This document shows, one piece after another, positions 8,683 to 17,757 of a stretch of DNA of 64,000 bases. The stretch covers positions 8,549 to 72,548 of the forward strand of contig CAWHHF010000019.1 in assembly GCA_963829105.1 (NCBI GenBank). Direction: 5' to 3'. Under the pieces are notes generated by a model. It did no database searches. It saw nothing but the letters and a program-made list of their open reading frames with translations, and was not told where the DNA came from. Origin of the DNA: an uncultured Chloroflexia bacterium. Lineage in GTDB: Bacteria; Chloroflexota; Limnocylindria; Limnocylindrales; CSP1-4. Made by a program: the position numbers and the translations under genes. How positions within the stretch are numbered: position 1 is the first letter of the stretch; every line of letters starts with the position of its first letter.

Positions 8683-9159
8683 GTGTCAACCGGAGCAGAG
8701 GCGACGGCGGCGCTCTACGCCGGCTACTTTCACGATGCCCACGCAGCGATGCGGACGGTCGTGAGCGGCCTGAGCCCGGCGCTCCTCGACTGGAAGCCGG
8801 GCGAGGAGACGAACTCGGTCTCCGCGCTCATCGCCCACTCGCTTGACTCCGAGCGGGCCCTGACGGCGATCGTGGCCGGCATCGCGCTGCCCCGCGACCG
8901 CGAGGCCGCGTTCCGCGTCAGCGACCTGGACGCGGAGAGGCTCGTGGCGATGATCGATGCCGCCGAGCGGGAGGTCGACGGCTTCCTCGGCGGACTCACG
9001 CAGGACCGCCTTGACGCCCCAATTGAACGGCCGATGCGAACCGCGACCGGGGCCGCCTGGCTGCTCCACGCCGCCGTGCACAGCCGGGAGCACATCGGCC
9101 AGGCAACCCTCACCAGGCAGCTCGCCGAACAGGCCGTGGCACGAGGGCAGGCGACCTGA
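8683..9159 (+). CDS. DinB-superfamily protein
   Basis: GTG start 6 nt after AAGGAG. Four-helix pattern with ALIAHSLDSE ... HSREHIGQ (His triad-like). Confidence 0.75.
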   Translation: MSTGAEATAALYAGYFHDAHAAMRTVVSGLSPALLDWKPGEETNSVSALIAHSLDSERALTAIVAGIALPRDREAAFRVSDLDAERLVAMIDAAEREVDGFLGGLTQDRLDAPIERPMRTATGAAWLLHAAVHSREHIGQATLTRQLAEQAVARGQAT

Positions 9160-9199
9160 GTCCGGGGCCGGCCTCGACGGCCGGTGGTCGAAGGCGCCG

Positions 9200-9403
9200 C
9201 TACCAGTGAATGACGCCGCCCACGAACATCGCGGTGATCCCGAGGATCACGACCACCATGACGACGATGGCAGTGATCCGGACGGGGTCCGACGCGTGCC
9301 AGGGCCGCCCGATGGTCTCCTGCTGCTGGCGGTGGACGGCGGCATCGTGGCTCTTCCGCTCGCCGCGGCGACGGCCGCTCTCGCTGTGCTTCTGCTTTGC
9401 CAT
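9200..9403 (-). CDS. Small tail-anchored membrane protein (67 aa)
   Basis: MAKQKHSESGRRRGERK...VRITAIVVMVVVILGITAMFVGGVIHW. ATG 9403 follows GAGGGTGGG. The ORF track extends it to 9451. Confidence 0.4.
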   Translation of the reverse strand: MAKQKHSESGRRRGERKSHDAAVHRQQQETIGRPWHASDPVRITAIVVMVVVILGITAMFVGGVIHW

Positions 9404-9565
9404 CCCACCCTCGTCGTGCGCCGCCTTCGCGCTGCGCCTGTGGTCGATCATGCCACACCGGCCCCTGCGAGCGAGCCGCGGAAGCGACGTCCGGCTCGGA
9501 CCAAGCGGCGGTTAGGGGGACGGTGGATCGGCGATCGCCAGGCTCCCGTCCCAGGTCGACCGTCA

Positions 9566-11275
9566 CTACACCGTGGGTGCCGCGGCCGGCGCCTGCACAG
9601 CATTTGAGGTCCGCAGCGGATGCTCCTGCATCGTCGCCGCGACGACCGCCGCGATGACGGCGGCGCCGATCCCGATGTAGAACGTCTGGGCGACCGCCGC
9701 GCTGAATGCCTCGTAGATGCCCGAGACGATGTTGGGCACGAACGGCGCGACCACCGCCTGGGCCTGCGCGGGAAGGGCCGCCAGGATCGCCTTGCCGAGA
9801 TCGAGCCCGACGCCTGCGACCTGGTTGAGGTCAAAACCGCCGGTGCCCATCGCCTGCTGGATGCCGGCGACGACCTGCGGCGGCACGCCGGCAACGTCCA
9901 TCTTCGGGACGAGCTGGTCGCTGAAGCCGGTCTCGAAGAGCTCACCCGCGATAGCCAGCGCGATCGTGCCCCCGATCTGGCGGAAGAACGTCAGGTTCGA
10001 CGTCGCCACGCCGAGCTCGTGGAACGGCACCGCGTTCTGGACGATGATCGTGAACACCGTCAGCGTGGGACCGAGGCCGACCCCGGCGATGAACATCCAG
10101 AACCACAGCACCGGCAGCGGGGTCGTCGCGGTCAGCTGGGTCATCAGGGCCGCCCCGACGCCCATGAGGATCAGCGCTCCAACGGTGAGCCACTTGTAGC
10201 GGCCCGTCCGGGCGACGATCTGGCCCGAGATGATCGAGCTTCCGATCAGCCCGACGAGCAGCGGGAAGACCGCATACCCCGACGCCGTCGCCGAGTAGCC
10301 CTCGACGAACTGGAACCAGCGCGGCAGGAAGATGATCGAGCCGAAGAAGGCGAAGGCGGCGAAGAACGTCGCGATCATCGAGCTCGAGTAGGTCCAGATC
10401 CGGAACAGCCCGAGCGGGATGATCGGCTCCTTCGCCCGTGACTCGACCAGGACGAACAGCACGATGCCCACCAGCGCGATCAGCATGAAGCCGCCGACCG
10501 TCAGCTCCGTCCAGGCGTTGAGCTGGTGGGTGGTCGCGTTGGCGATGCCCTTGTTCGTGAGCCCCACCAGGAGGAAGACCATCGCCACGGTGAAGACCAG
10601 CCCGCCGAGGATGTCGAAGTTCCGGCTCGCGCGCGCGCTCTTGACCGTCGGCAGCAGGCGCCAGATCAGGTACAGCGAGACGATCCCGATTGGGATGTTG
10701 ACGAAGAAGATCCAGTGCCAGCTGAGCGTGTCGGTGAGGACCCCGCCGAGGGCCGGGCCGATGATGAACGCGATCCCGAACACGGCCCCGAACAGGCCTT
10801 GGTACTTGCCGCGCTCGGCCGGCGTGAACAGGTCGCCGATGACGGCCAGCGCCACCGGGAAGATCGATCCGGCGCCGATGCCCTGGAGGCCCCGGAACAG
10901 GATGAGCTGCGGCATCGTCTGGCTCAGGCCGGAGAGCGCGGAGCCAAGGAGGAAGATCCCGATGCCGATCATGAAGATCGGCTTGCGCCCGTAGAGGTCG
11001 GAGAGCTTGCCCCAGAAGGGCACGCTGATCGTGCTCGTGAGCAGGTAGATCGTGACGACCCAGACGTAGAGGTCGTTGCCGTTCAGCTCGGTCACGATGG
11101 TGGGCAACGCGACCGACACGATCGTCTGGTCGAGCGCGCCCAGGAACAGGCCCAGCATGACCGCGACGAGGATCTCCATCTTCGCCCGGAACGGCAACCC
11201 GAGAGCGGGGTCTTCCTCGACGGTCTGGACGTGGATCTCGTCGACGAACTCTTCGGGCTTCCCAGCGCCAGTCAT
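9566..11275 (-). CDS. MFS transporter, DHA2 (EmrB/QacA-like, 14-TMS) family
   Basis: GLFLGALDQTIVSVALPTI, WGKLSDLYGRKP, LFRGLQGIGAG motifs. Length is 569 aa. GGAGGAGG lies upstream of ATG 11275. Confidence 0.9.
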   Translation of the reverse strand: MTGAGKPEEFVDEIHVQTVEEDPALGLPFRAKMEILVAVMLGLFLGALDQTIVSVALPTIVTELNGNDLYVWVVTIYLLTSTISVPFWGKLSDLYGRKPIFMIGIGIFLLGSALSGLSQTMPQLILFRGLQGIGAGSIFPVALAVIGDLFTPAERGKYQGLFGAVFGIAFIIGPALGGVLTDTLSWHWIFFVNIPIGIVSLYLIWRLLPTVKSARASRNFDILGGLVFTVAMVFLLVGLTNKGIANATTHQLNAWTELTVGGFMLIALVGIVLFVLVESRAKEPIIPLGLFRIWTYSSSMIATFFAAFAFFGSIIFLPRWFQFVEGYSATASGYAVFPLLVGLIGSSIISGQIVARTGRYKWLTVGALILMGVGAALMTQLTATTPLPVLWFWMFIAGVGLGPTLTVFTIIVQNAVPFHELGVATSNLTFFRQIGGTIALAIAGELFETGFSDQLVPKMDVAGVPPQVVAGIQQAMGTGGFDLNQVAGVGLDLGKAILAALPAQAQAVVAPFVPNIVSGIYEAFSAAVAQTFYIGIGAAVIAAVVAATMQEHPLRTSNAVQAPAAAPTV

Positions 11276-11570
11276 GAGCCGCTGACCTCCTCCGGCTGAG
11301 CGTGTTGTCTGTGCGGGCCCCGCTGCACACGATGGCCGCGCCGGCGGGTGGCCGGCCCACCAGGGCGAAGCTGAGTCTAGCCGCTGGCCCGGACTCTGCA
11401 GGATCCCGCACGTGCTGCACCGGCCGGCTGGTCGGGGCTGGTCGGGGCGAAGGCTTTCATAAGGGCTCCTCTTCCAGGATCACGTTCAGACGCCGACGGG
11501 CTCGTGGACGAGCACGACGGTGGTGCGTCCGGGTCGCCACTCGCCGAGGATGAGGAGGCGTCCCCGGTCG

Positions 11571-11999
11571 TCACCGCCTGATCGCGACCGACACGAGGCC
11601 GGCCGCGAGGCCGATGCCGGCGCTGGCAAGTCCGATCTGGCGCGATCGTGTGCGGTCGCGCCGCCGGGCCTCGGCATCCTCCACCTGGATGGTCGGGCCG
11701 ACGTCCCCGAAGTTGTAGACGCCCCGCGACCCGAACCCGGCGCAGAACCGGAGGCGAGCCTGCAGATACCCGGACGCCGCGACCGCTGCCGGTACGGCGA
11801 TCACCAGCCGGCTGGGAGCCGGCGCGTCGATCGCCAGCAGCCCGGCCAGCACGCCGATCGCGACGCCGAGCCCCACGTGGCCCGCGCGACGACGGCGGGC
11901 GATCTCGGCCGGTCCGATGTTGCAGATGCCCGGCTCGTATCCCTCATCGGACGGAGATGACACGCGCAGCGTGGGCATCGACTGGGACGTGAACGTCAT
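11571..11999 (-). CDS. Hypothetical membrane protein (YgaP/DUF2892-like layout, uncertain)
   Basis: GICNIGPAEIARRRRAGHVGLGVAIGVLAGLLAI ... QARLRFCAGFG, with 3 predicted TMs. Its ATG overlaps the upstream stop (ATGA). Confidence 0.55.
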   Translation of the reverse strand: MTFTSQSMPTLRVSSPSDEGYEPGICNIGPAEIARRRRAGHVGLGVAIGVLAGLLAIDAPAPSRLVIAVPAAVAASGYLQARLRFCAGFGSRGVYNFGDVGPTIQVEDAEARRRDRTRSRQIGLASAGIGLAAGLVSVAIRR

Positions 12000-12277
12000 C
12001 GTGTGCTCCGTGGCTGTTCGGGCGTGCGGCTCATGCCTCGCATCGCACTCATGACCTGGCGCGGGGTGGGCGGTGCCGGCAGCGGGCTGGCGCCGCCGGC
12101 GCGGATTGCCTCGTCGGTGCGGAATGCCTCGAGCATGAGCAGGACGAACCGCCGCCAGGCGTCTGGCGCGGCGTCACCGGCACCCTGGAATGCCCTGATG
12201 CTACCGCCAATCGGAGGATAGCCTCCAGTTGTGTCGTCGGTCCGCAACCTGCCCGAGCCCAGTACGCCAAGGGCCAT
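11996..12277 (-). CDS. Hypothetical protein
   Basis: ORF 11996..12301. The stop overlaps the next ATG (ATGA coupling). Start MALGVLGSG at 12277 follows AGGGGG. I recognise no family. Confidence 0.35.
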   Translation of the reverse strand: MALGVLGSGRLRTDDTTGGYPPIGGSIRAFQGAGDAAPDAWRRFVLLMLEAFRTDEAIRAGGASPLPAPPTPRQVMSAMRGMSRTPEQPRSTR

Positions 12278-12484
12278 ATGGCCCCCTGTCTGCTGGGCCA
12301 CATCTCCTGTTAGTTGCGTTCTCTGGCCAAATCGCGCACCATGGGGCCAGCGGCAGGGGGCACCGGGGGCAACCAGGTCCTCACTCGCGATGCGTCCCCC
12401 AAACGGTCGCCACGACCGTCATCCAGGACTGCGGGTGAGTCAGACACCACCGCCGAGGGCGCGGATGCGTCCGGAAAGGGGACC

Positions 12485-13912
12485 ATGGCCTTCCGTCCTG
12501 ACTACGAGTTCCGGCGCCTCATCGACGTCGGCGAGAACGTTGGGCGCGAACGGCGGCTCGAGCATCTGCGCGCTCTGGGCCTGACCGGAACCGTCGTGTC
12601 GGAGACCGACCAGGGGTGGCAGCAGGCCCGCCAGGCGTGGAATCGCGCCGCCGACCAGCGTCCCCCGCATGTCGCCTTCCCCGAGACCACCGACGACGTG
12701 GTCAAGCTCGTGACGTTCGCCGGCCAGCATGGTCTGCGCGTGGTGCCCCAAGGCACCGGGCACGGTGCGTGGCCCCTTGGCGCGATCGAGGATTCCCTCC
12801 TCCTGCGACCGTCCAGGATGCGCGACGTCGCGATCGACCCGGTCAGGCGCGTCGCCCGCGTCGGGGCCGGCTCGACGTGGGGCCAGGTCGAGGCGGCCGC
12901 TGCCGCACACGGCCTCGCCGCCCTGGCGGGCTCATCACCCGACGTCGGGGTGGTTGGCTACACGCTGGGCGGCGGGCTTGGCTGGCTCGCCCGGCGCTAC
13001 GGCCTCGCCTGCAATAGCGTCCTCGCGATCGAGGTGGTGACCGCGGACGGCCGCCTGCTGCGTGTCGACCGCGAGCACGAGCCCGATCTCTTCTGGGCAC
13101 TCCGTGGCGGCGGGGGCAGCTTCGGCATCGTCACCGCGATGGAGTTCACCCTGTATCCGGTGCGCGAGCTGTACGCGGGCGCGATGTTCTGGCCGCAGGA
13201 GCGCGTCGCCGAGATTCTGCGGGCCTGGCAGGCGTGGACCGCCGTCGTTCCCGACTCCGTCACATCGGTCGGTCGCATCCTCAACCTGCCGACCAACCGT
13301 GAGATCCCCAAGGAGTTGAGGGGTCGCTCGTTCGTGCTCGTGGAGGCGGCGTGCCTGTCGACGGAGGGCGAGGGCATCGAGCTGTTGCGCCCGCTCCGGC
13401 AGCTCGAGCCGGAGATCGACACGTTCGCCATGCTGGCACCGACCGGGCTGGGCGCGGTGCATATGGACCCGGTCGACCCGGTCCCGGCATTCGTGGACGG
13501 CTGGCTCCTGGCAGACCTGCCGTCGGCGGCCATCGACGCCCTCGTGGAGGCGGCAGGCCCCGGCTCGGGATCGCCGCTCCTGTCGGTCGAGCTTCGTCAC
13601 CTGGGCGCGGCACTCGCCGATGCCGCCGCCGACCACGGGTCCCTGGCTTCGCTCGAAGCCGCCTTCGCAACCGCCACGATCAGCCTGGTGCCGAACGCGA
13701 ACATGGCCGCCGCCGTGGAGCGTCATGCCGCCATCGTGCGGGCCTCGCTGGCACCCTGGGAAGCGGAGCGCAACTACCCCAACTTCGCCGAGCGGCCCTT
13801 CCGGGGGCCCGACTTCCACTCGCCCGCGACGCGCAGGCGGCTCGGCCGCGTCAAGACCCTGTACGACCCGCAGGACCTCATCCGGGCGACACATCCGATC
13901 GCGACGGCCTGA
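12485..13912 (+). CDS. FAD-linked oxidase (FAD_binding_4 with BBE-like C-terminus)
   Basis: GLRVVPQGTGHG, GYTLGGGLGWLARRYGLACNSV, DLFWALRGGGGSFGIVTAMEF, C-terminal YDPQDLIR. Start MAFRPDYEF is at 12485. Confidence 0.85.
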   Translation: MAFRPDYEFRRLIDVGENVGRERRLEHLRALGLTGTVVSETDQGWQQARQAWNRAADQRPPHVAFPETTDDVVKLVTFAGQHGLRVVPQGTGHGAWPLGAIEDSLLLRPSRMRDVAIDPVRRVARVGAGSTWGQVEAAAAAHGLAALAGSSPDVGVVGYTLGGGLGWLARRYGLACNSVLAIEVVTADGRLLRVDREHEPDLFWALRGGGGSFGIVTAMEFTLYPVRELYAGAMFWPQERVAEILRAWQAWTAVVPDSVTSVGRILNLPTNREIPKELRGRSFVLVEAACLSTEGEGIELLRPLRQLEPEIDTFAMLAPTGLGAVHMDPVDPVPAFVDGWLLADLPSAAIDALVEAAGPGSGSPLLSVELRHLGAALADAAADHGSLASLEAAFATATISLVPNANMAAAVERHAAIVRASLAPWEAERNYPNFAERPFRGPDFHSPATRRRLGRVKTLYDPQDLIRATHPIATA

Positions 13913-14093
13913 CGCTCGCCTTTGCCCTCGCGCGACGGCGCGAAGGCCGGCGCTGCCGGGCGTTCGCGCCTCTTGCTGCCTCGGCCGGAATGGGGCGGCG
14001 GGCACGCAAGCGCCGGGGTTCGAGCTGGCCGTTCCTCCCGCTGTCACCGCTACACATAGACATGATGGCGATCTGCGTCGATACTTCATCGGT

Positions 14094-14531
14094 ATGACGC
14101 ATCTCCCTGAGGACACGCCCGCACTCCTCCGGGTCGGCCAGGCAGCCGAGATGCTCCAGGTGTCGGTCGAGACCCTCCGCCGCTGGGAGACTGAGGGGCG
14201 CCTCCGGATGGAGCGGTCCCAGGGCGGGCAGCGCCTGGTCGCGATCGAGGAGGTCGCCCGCCTCCTCGACGAACGGCGCAAGGCGTCGGTCGAACGCCCG
14301 ATCGTCGCCCAGTCGGCGCGCAACCGGTTCCCCGGCATCGTCACGCGCGTCGAGCGCGACAGCGTCGCCGCGGTCGTCGAGGTGGTCGCCGGCCCCCACC
14401 GGGTGGTCAGCCTGATGACCGCCGAAGCCGTGGAGGAGCTCGACCTCAAGGTCGGCGATGAGGCGGTCTGCGTCGTCAAGGCGACGAACGTCATCGTCGA
14501 GATTCCAGGCTCCAGGGAGTCGCGGGCATGA
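14094..14531 (+). CDS. MerR/excisionase-type HTH plus TOBE domain regulator (molybdate-responsive type)
   Basis: LRVGQAAEMLQVSVETLRRWETEGRL (HTH), then SARNRFPGIVTRVERDSVAAVVEVVAGPHRVVSLMTAEAVEELDLKVGDEAVCVVKATNVIVE (TOBE). Its stop overlaps the modA start. Confidence 0.8.
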   Translation: MTHLPEDTPALLRVGQAAEMLQVSVETLRRWETEGRLRMERSQGGQRLVAIEEVARLLDERRKASVERPIVAQSARNRFPGIVTRVERDSVAAVVEVVAGPHRVVSLMTAEAVEELDLKVGDEAVCVVKATNVIVEIPGSRESRA

Positions 14532-15373
14532 AGCCCCGCCTGCTGGTATTCGTCGCCGCGCTGCTGCTGATCCTCGCCGCCTGCTCCGGCGGCGGCGCCT
14601 CACCGACAACCAGCAGCGCGCCGACGGTCGCCCCGGCAACGACAGCGCCGGACACCGCGGCCGCCGTGGACCTGACGATCTACGGCGCGGCGTCGCTCAA
14701 GGGCGCGCTCACGGCGGCCAAGACCGCGTACGAGGCCGCGAACCCCGGCCTGACCCTCACGATCTCGACGGACGCATCGTCAGCACTCGAGACGAAGATC
14801 GAGCAGGGTGCCCCGGCCGATGTCTTCCTGTCCGCCGACACCAAGAACCCGCAGACGCTGGTCGACAAGGGGCTGGCCGTGGCGCCGCCGGTCACCTTCG
14901 CCACCAACAGGCTCACCGTGATCGTGCCGACGGGCAACCCGGCCGGGATCAAGACGCCCGCCGACCTGGCCAAGCCCGGCGTCAAGATCATCGCGGCGGG
15001 AGACGCCGTGCCGATCACGAAGTACGCCAACCAGCTGGTGGCCAACCTGGCCAAGGAGCCGGGCTACCCGGCCGATTTTGCTGCCGCCTGCACGGCCAAC
15101 ATCGTGTCCAAGGAGGACAACGTCAGCGCGGTGGTGGCGAAGATCGAGCTGGGCGAGGGCGACGCCGGGATCGTCTACGTCACCGACGCGAAGGCCTCGA
15201 CGAAGGTGGCGACCATCGACGTGCCCGACACGGCGAACGTGATCGCGACGTATGACGGCGTCGTGGTCAAAGCCTCTCCGAACCTCGACGCGGCCAATGC
15301 GTTCCTGACCTGGTTCGCCGGCCCGGACGGCCAGGCCATCTTGGCCACCTTCGGGTTCCTGCCGCCGTCATGA
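14528..15373 (+). CDS. modA: Molybdate ABC transporter substrate-binding lipoprotein
   Basis: Lipobox LILAAC. YGAASLKGAL ... DVFLSADTKNP ... GIVYVTDA pattern. Confidence 0.9.
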   Translation: MKPRLLVFVAALLLILAACSGGGASPTTSSAPTVAPATTAPDTAAAVDLTIYGAASLKGALTAAKTAYEAANPGLTLTISTDASSALETKIEQGAPADVFLSADTKNPQTLVDKGLAVAPPVTFATNRLTVIVPTGNPAGIKTPADLAKPGVKIIAAGDAVPITKYANQLVANLAKEPGYPADFAAACTANIVSKEDNVSAVVAKIELGEGDAGIVYVTDAKASTKVATIDVPDTANVIATYDGVVVKASPNLDAANAFLTWFAGPDGQAILATFGFLPPS

Positions 15374-16251
15374 CCGCGGACGCCACAGGGCGTTCCGGGG
15401 ACCGCTCGGCTGCGACCGGTCGGCCCGCACCGGCCGCGGCGCGCCAGGGACGATGGGGTGAGTGGTCACTCACGGCGATCGCCGGCCTGTTCGCGCTGTT
15501 CCTCGGCCTCCCGGTCGCCACGCTGGTGGCCAGGGCGATCATCACCGGGTCCTTCGGGGTGGCGCTCGCCTCGCCCGAGGTTCTCGACGCGCTCTGGCTC
15601 AGCCTCGTCACGACATCGATCAGCCTGGTCATCACCGTGACCCTCGGCCTCCCGCTGGCCGTGGTGCTCGCCCGCCGGCAGTTCCGTGGCAAGGGATTGG
15701 TGGAGGCCGTCGTCGACCTGCCGATCGTGCTGCCACCGTCGGTCGCCGGGCTCGCGCTGCTCCTCGTGTTCGGGCGGCGGGGCCTGCTCTCGGCGCCGTT
15801 CGAGCTCCTCGGCATCTCCGTCCCGTTCACCACCGTCGCCGTGGTCCTCGCCATGACGTTCGTGTCGGCCCCGTTCTTCGTCCGCTCTGCGCGGATCGGC
15901 ATCGCCGGCGTGGACCGGGAGCTCGAGGACGCGGCTCGAGTGGACGGTGCCTCCGAGCGTCACCTGTTCCGCACCATCACCGTCCCGCTGGCAGGGGCGG
16001 CGCTGGCCGGCGGCCTGGTCATGACCTGGGCGCGATCGCTGGGCGAGTTCGGAGCGACGATCATGTTCGCCGGGAACGTCCAGGGCCGCACCCAGACGCT
16101 CCCCCTCGTGGTGTACAGCGAGTTCCAGGGTGGCGGCCTCGACGCCTCGGTCGCCGCGGCGGCGATCCTGGTGCTGGCGGCGTTCGGGGTTCTCGTCGCC
16201 GTCCGCGTCTTCCACTGGGGACACGCTCTCGACGTTCGTGGCCTCGGGTGA
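15370..16251 (+). CDS. modB: Molybdate ABC transporter permease
   Basis: ATGA overlap with modA. VDLPIVLPPSVAGLALLLVFGRRG and EAA loop EDAARVDGASERHLFRTITVPLA. Confidence 0.9.
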   Translation: MTADATGRSGDRSAATGRPAPAAARQGRWGEWSLTAIAGLFALFLGLPVATLVARAIITGSFGVALASPEVLDALWLSLVTTSISLVITVTLGLPLAVVLARRQFRGKGLVEAVVDLPIVLPPSVAGLALLLVFGRRGLLSAPFELLGISVPFTTVAVVLAMTFVSAPFFVRSARIGIAGVDRELEDAARVDGASERHLFRTITVPLAGAALAGGLVMTWARSLGEFGATIMFAGNVQGRTQTLPLVVYSEFQGGGLDASVAAAAILVLAAFGVLVAVRVFHWGHALDVRGLG

Positions 16252-16359
16252 TTACCGGCGAGCACCGCTGGAGGCCGTCATGTTCGCGGCCGGATGACGG
16301 TCACGAGGCCGCCCGGCGGCTCATCGCGTCGACGGAACGCGGCAGGAAGGAGCCGAACC

Positions 16360-16692
16360 ATGAGGATCAGCGCACGGAACCAGGTCCCGGGCACGGTCAG
16401 GTCCGTGAGGGAGGGGGCCGTCATGGCCGAGATCGTCGTCGTCGTGGTCGGGGAGCACGAGGTCGTCTCGCTGATCACGGCCGAATCGGCCCGGCACCTC
16501 GGCCTCCAGCCGGGCAGGCACGTGGTGGCCCGGACTGGCGGGGGCCCGGGGCGGACGACCGGTTTGGCGTCGACCGGGCGAAGCCGGACGGCTGACCCTG
16601 GGAATGGCGAATGGCTCCCCGGTTCACACCCAGGCGATCACGCTCAGAGGCCGGCCTCGAGGCCGGCCTCTGAGCGCTCCACCAAGCCGTAA
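16360..16692 (+). CDS. Stand-alone TOBE (molbindin-like) protein with aberrant C-terminal extension
   Basis: ATG 16360 follows GGAAGGAG. MRISARNQVPGTVRSVREGAVMAEIVVVVVGEHEVVSLITAESARHLGLQPGRHVVA is a TOBE fold. The expected last strand is replaced by a ~50-aa low-complexity tail read through a 36-bp palindrome. Confidence 0.6.
   Translation: MRISARNQVPGTVRSVREGAVMAEIVVVVVGEHEVVSLITAESARHLGLQPGRHVVARTGGGPGRTTGLASTGRSRTADPGNGEWLPGSHPGDHAQRPASRPASERSTKP
16641..16676. repeat. 36-bp perfect palindrome (possible bidirectional terminator)
   Basis: CGCTCAGAGGCCGGCCTCGAGGCCGGCCTCTGAGCG. Every position pairs with its mirror. It lies between the convergent mod operon and the DUF1269-type gene. Confidence 0.6.
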
Positions 16693-16752
16693 GAGCGGCG
16701 AGTTCTCGCCCTGGAGCGGACGGGCGAAGCCGACCGCGTCAATGGCGAAGAT

Positions 16753-17499
16753 CTAGTCCTTCGTGGAAGCGATGTAGCGCCGCAGCCCCGCCCAGTCGCC
16801 TGCATCGGCAAGCTTGGCCTGGTGTGGCCAGGTGGCGGCGTTCTGGCCGGCGAACTCGGGCAGGTTCGCCTTGGCCAGCACTGCCTCGATGGCCTCGGGT
16901 GTCATCTCGCTGACCTGGGCAAACGTGGTCACGCCCGCCGCGCGTAGCGTGTCGGAGATCACCGGGCCGATCCCGTCGATGATGGTCAGATCGTCGCCGG
17001 CAGCGACCTCGGCCGCCTCGACGGCGGGGACGGCCTCCTCGACTTCGGCCTGGACCTCCTCGGTCACCGCGTGGACCTCGGTGATCCCGCCCAGCTCGGC
17101 GAGCTTGTCCTTGATGAGCCATGCATCGTCAGCATTCACGAGCACGCCGACTGCGGCCTTGCCGCCGGCGAGATCGGCCGCGATCCGATCTCGTTCCTCG
17201 GCCGTGAGACCGAGGCCCTTGTGATGGAAGGCGCCCAACAGCCCACCACCAATGGCACCGGCGAGGAGAGTCGGCGGGGCGATCACGGCCAGCAGGATGC
17301 CGATCCCGGCGCCCTTGCCGACGCTCCGCCTGCCGAGCTTGTGGGTCTTGATCTTGCCCTTGTCGTCGAGGACGAGGACGCCGATCGCGTTGAGCTTGAT
17401 GTCGTAGTCCGCCTTCTCCCACGCCTTCAGCGACTCGACCGCATCGTCCGCGGCCACCTCGTTGTCGAAGAACGCCAGGACCACGGTCCTTTCCGCCAT
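16753..17499 (-). CDS. DUF1269-type membrane protein with C-terminal helix-hairpin-helix-like module
   Basis: N-module TVVLAFFDNEVAADDAV...IGVLVLDDKGKIKT. Glycine-zipper TM GAGIGILLAVIAPPTLLAGAIGGGLLGA. C-terminal DDLTIIDGIGPVISDTLRAAGVTTFAQV...TWPHQAKLA. Confidence 0.75.
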   Translation of the reverse strand: MAERTVVLAFFDNEVAADDAVESLKAWEKADYDIKLNAIGVLVLDDKGKIKTHKLGRRSVGKGAGIGILLAVIAPPTLLAGAIGGGLLGAFHHKGLGLTAEERDRIAADLAGGKAAVGVLVNADDAWLIKDKLAELGGITEVHAVTEEVQAEVEEAVPAVEAAEVAAGDDLTIIDGIGPVISDTLRAAGVTTFAQVSEMTPEAIEAVLAKANLPEFAGQNAATWPHQAKLADAGDWAGLRRYIASTKD

Positions 17500-17712
17500 G
17501 TGCTTCCCTCCTGTGGAATGGGCTCCGCTGTCGCAGGTCCGGCCCGCGCTCGGATTGAGACTGGCGGGAACCGGTGGTGGCTCTAAGTGCCGAATGTCCG
17601 CTTCGGCTCGAGGGCCCCGTGGCCCAGGTCTCGTGCTGCTCGCGGACGACCCGCCGGCAAGCCGCGGCGGCGGCCGGAACGCGTCCCCGGAGCGTCCTCA
17701 CATGGGTCTGGC

Positions 17713-17718
17713 TACAAT
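17713..17718 (+). promoter_or_regulatory. Candidate -10 hexamer (TACAAT)
   Basis: TACAAT lies 40 nt upstream of GTG 17758, with AGGAG in between. Confidence 0.3.
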
Positions 17719-17757
17719 CGCGCCACTCGTCGACCGGTGCCCAGGAGTGCTCGAAGC

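Noticed and set aside
11486-11677. 63-aa ORF ending RLLILGEWRPGRTTVVLVHEPVGV
   Set aside because: It overlaps the 3' end of the better-supported membrane-protein gene (11571..11999) in another frame and has no Shine-Dalgarno sequence. It may be a relic, but it cannot be supported.
14015-14025. tRNA T-arm-like string GGGGTTCGAGC
   Set aside because: The flanks cannot form acceptor, D or anticodon stems, so this is not a tRNA.
16251-16360. Hidden modC start (GTGA overlap with the modB stop, reading VITGEHRW...)
   Set aside because: The frame shows no Walker A or any ABC signature and has antisense-like composition. Only the separately initiated TOBE ORF is protein-like.
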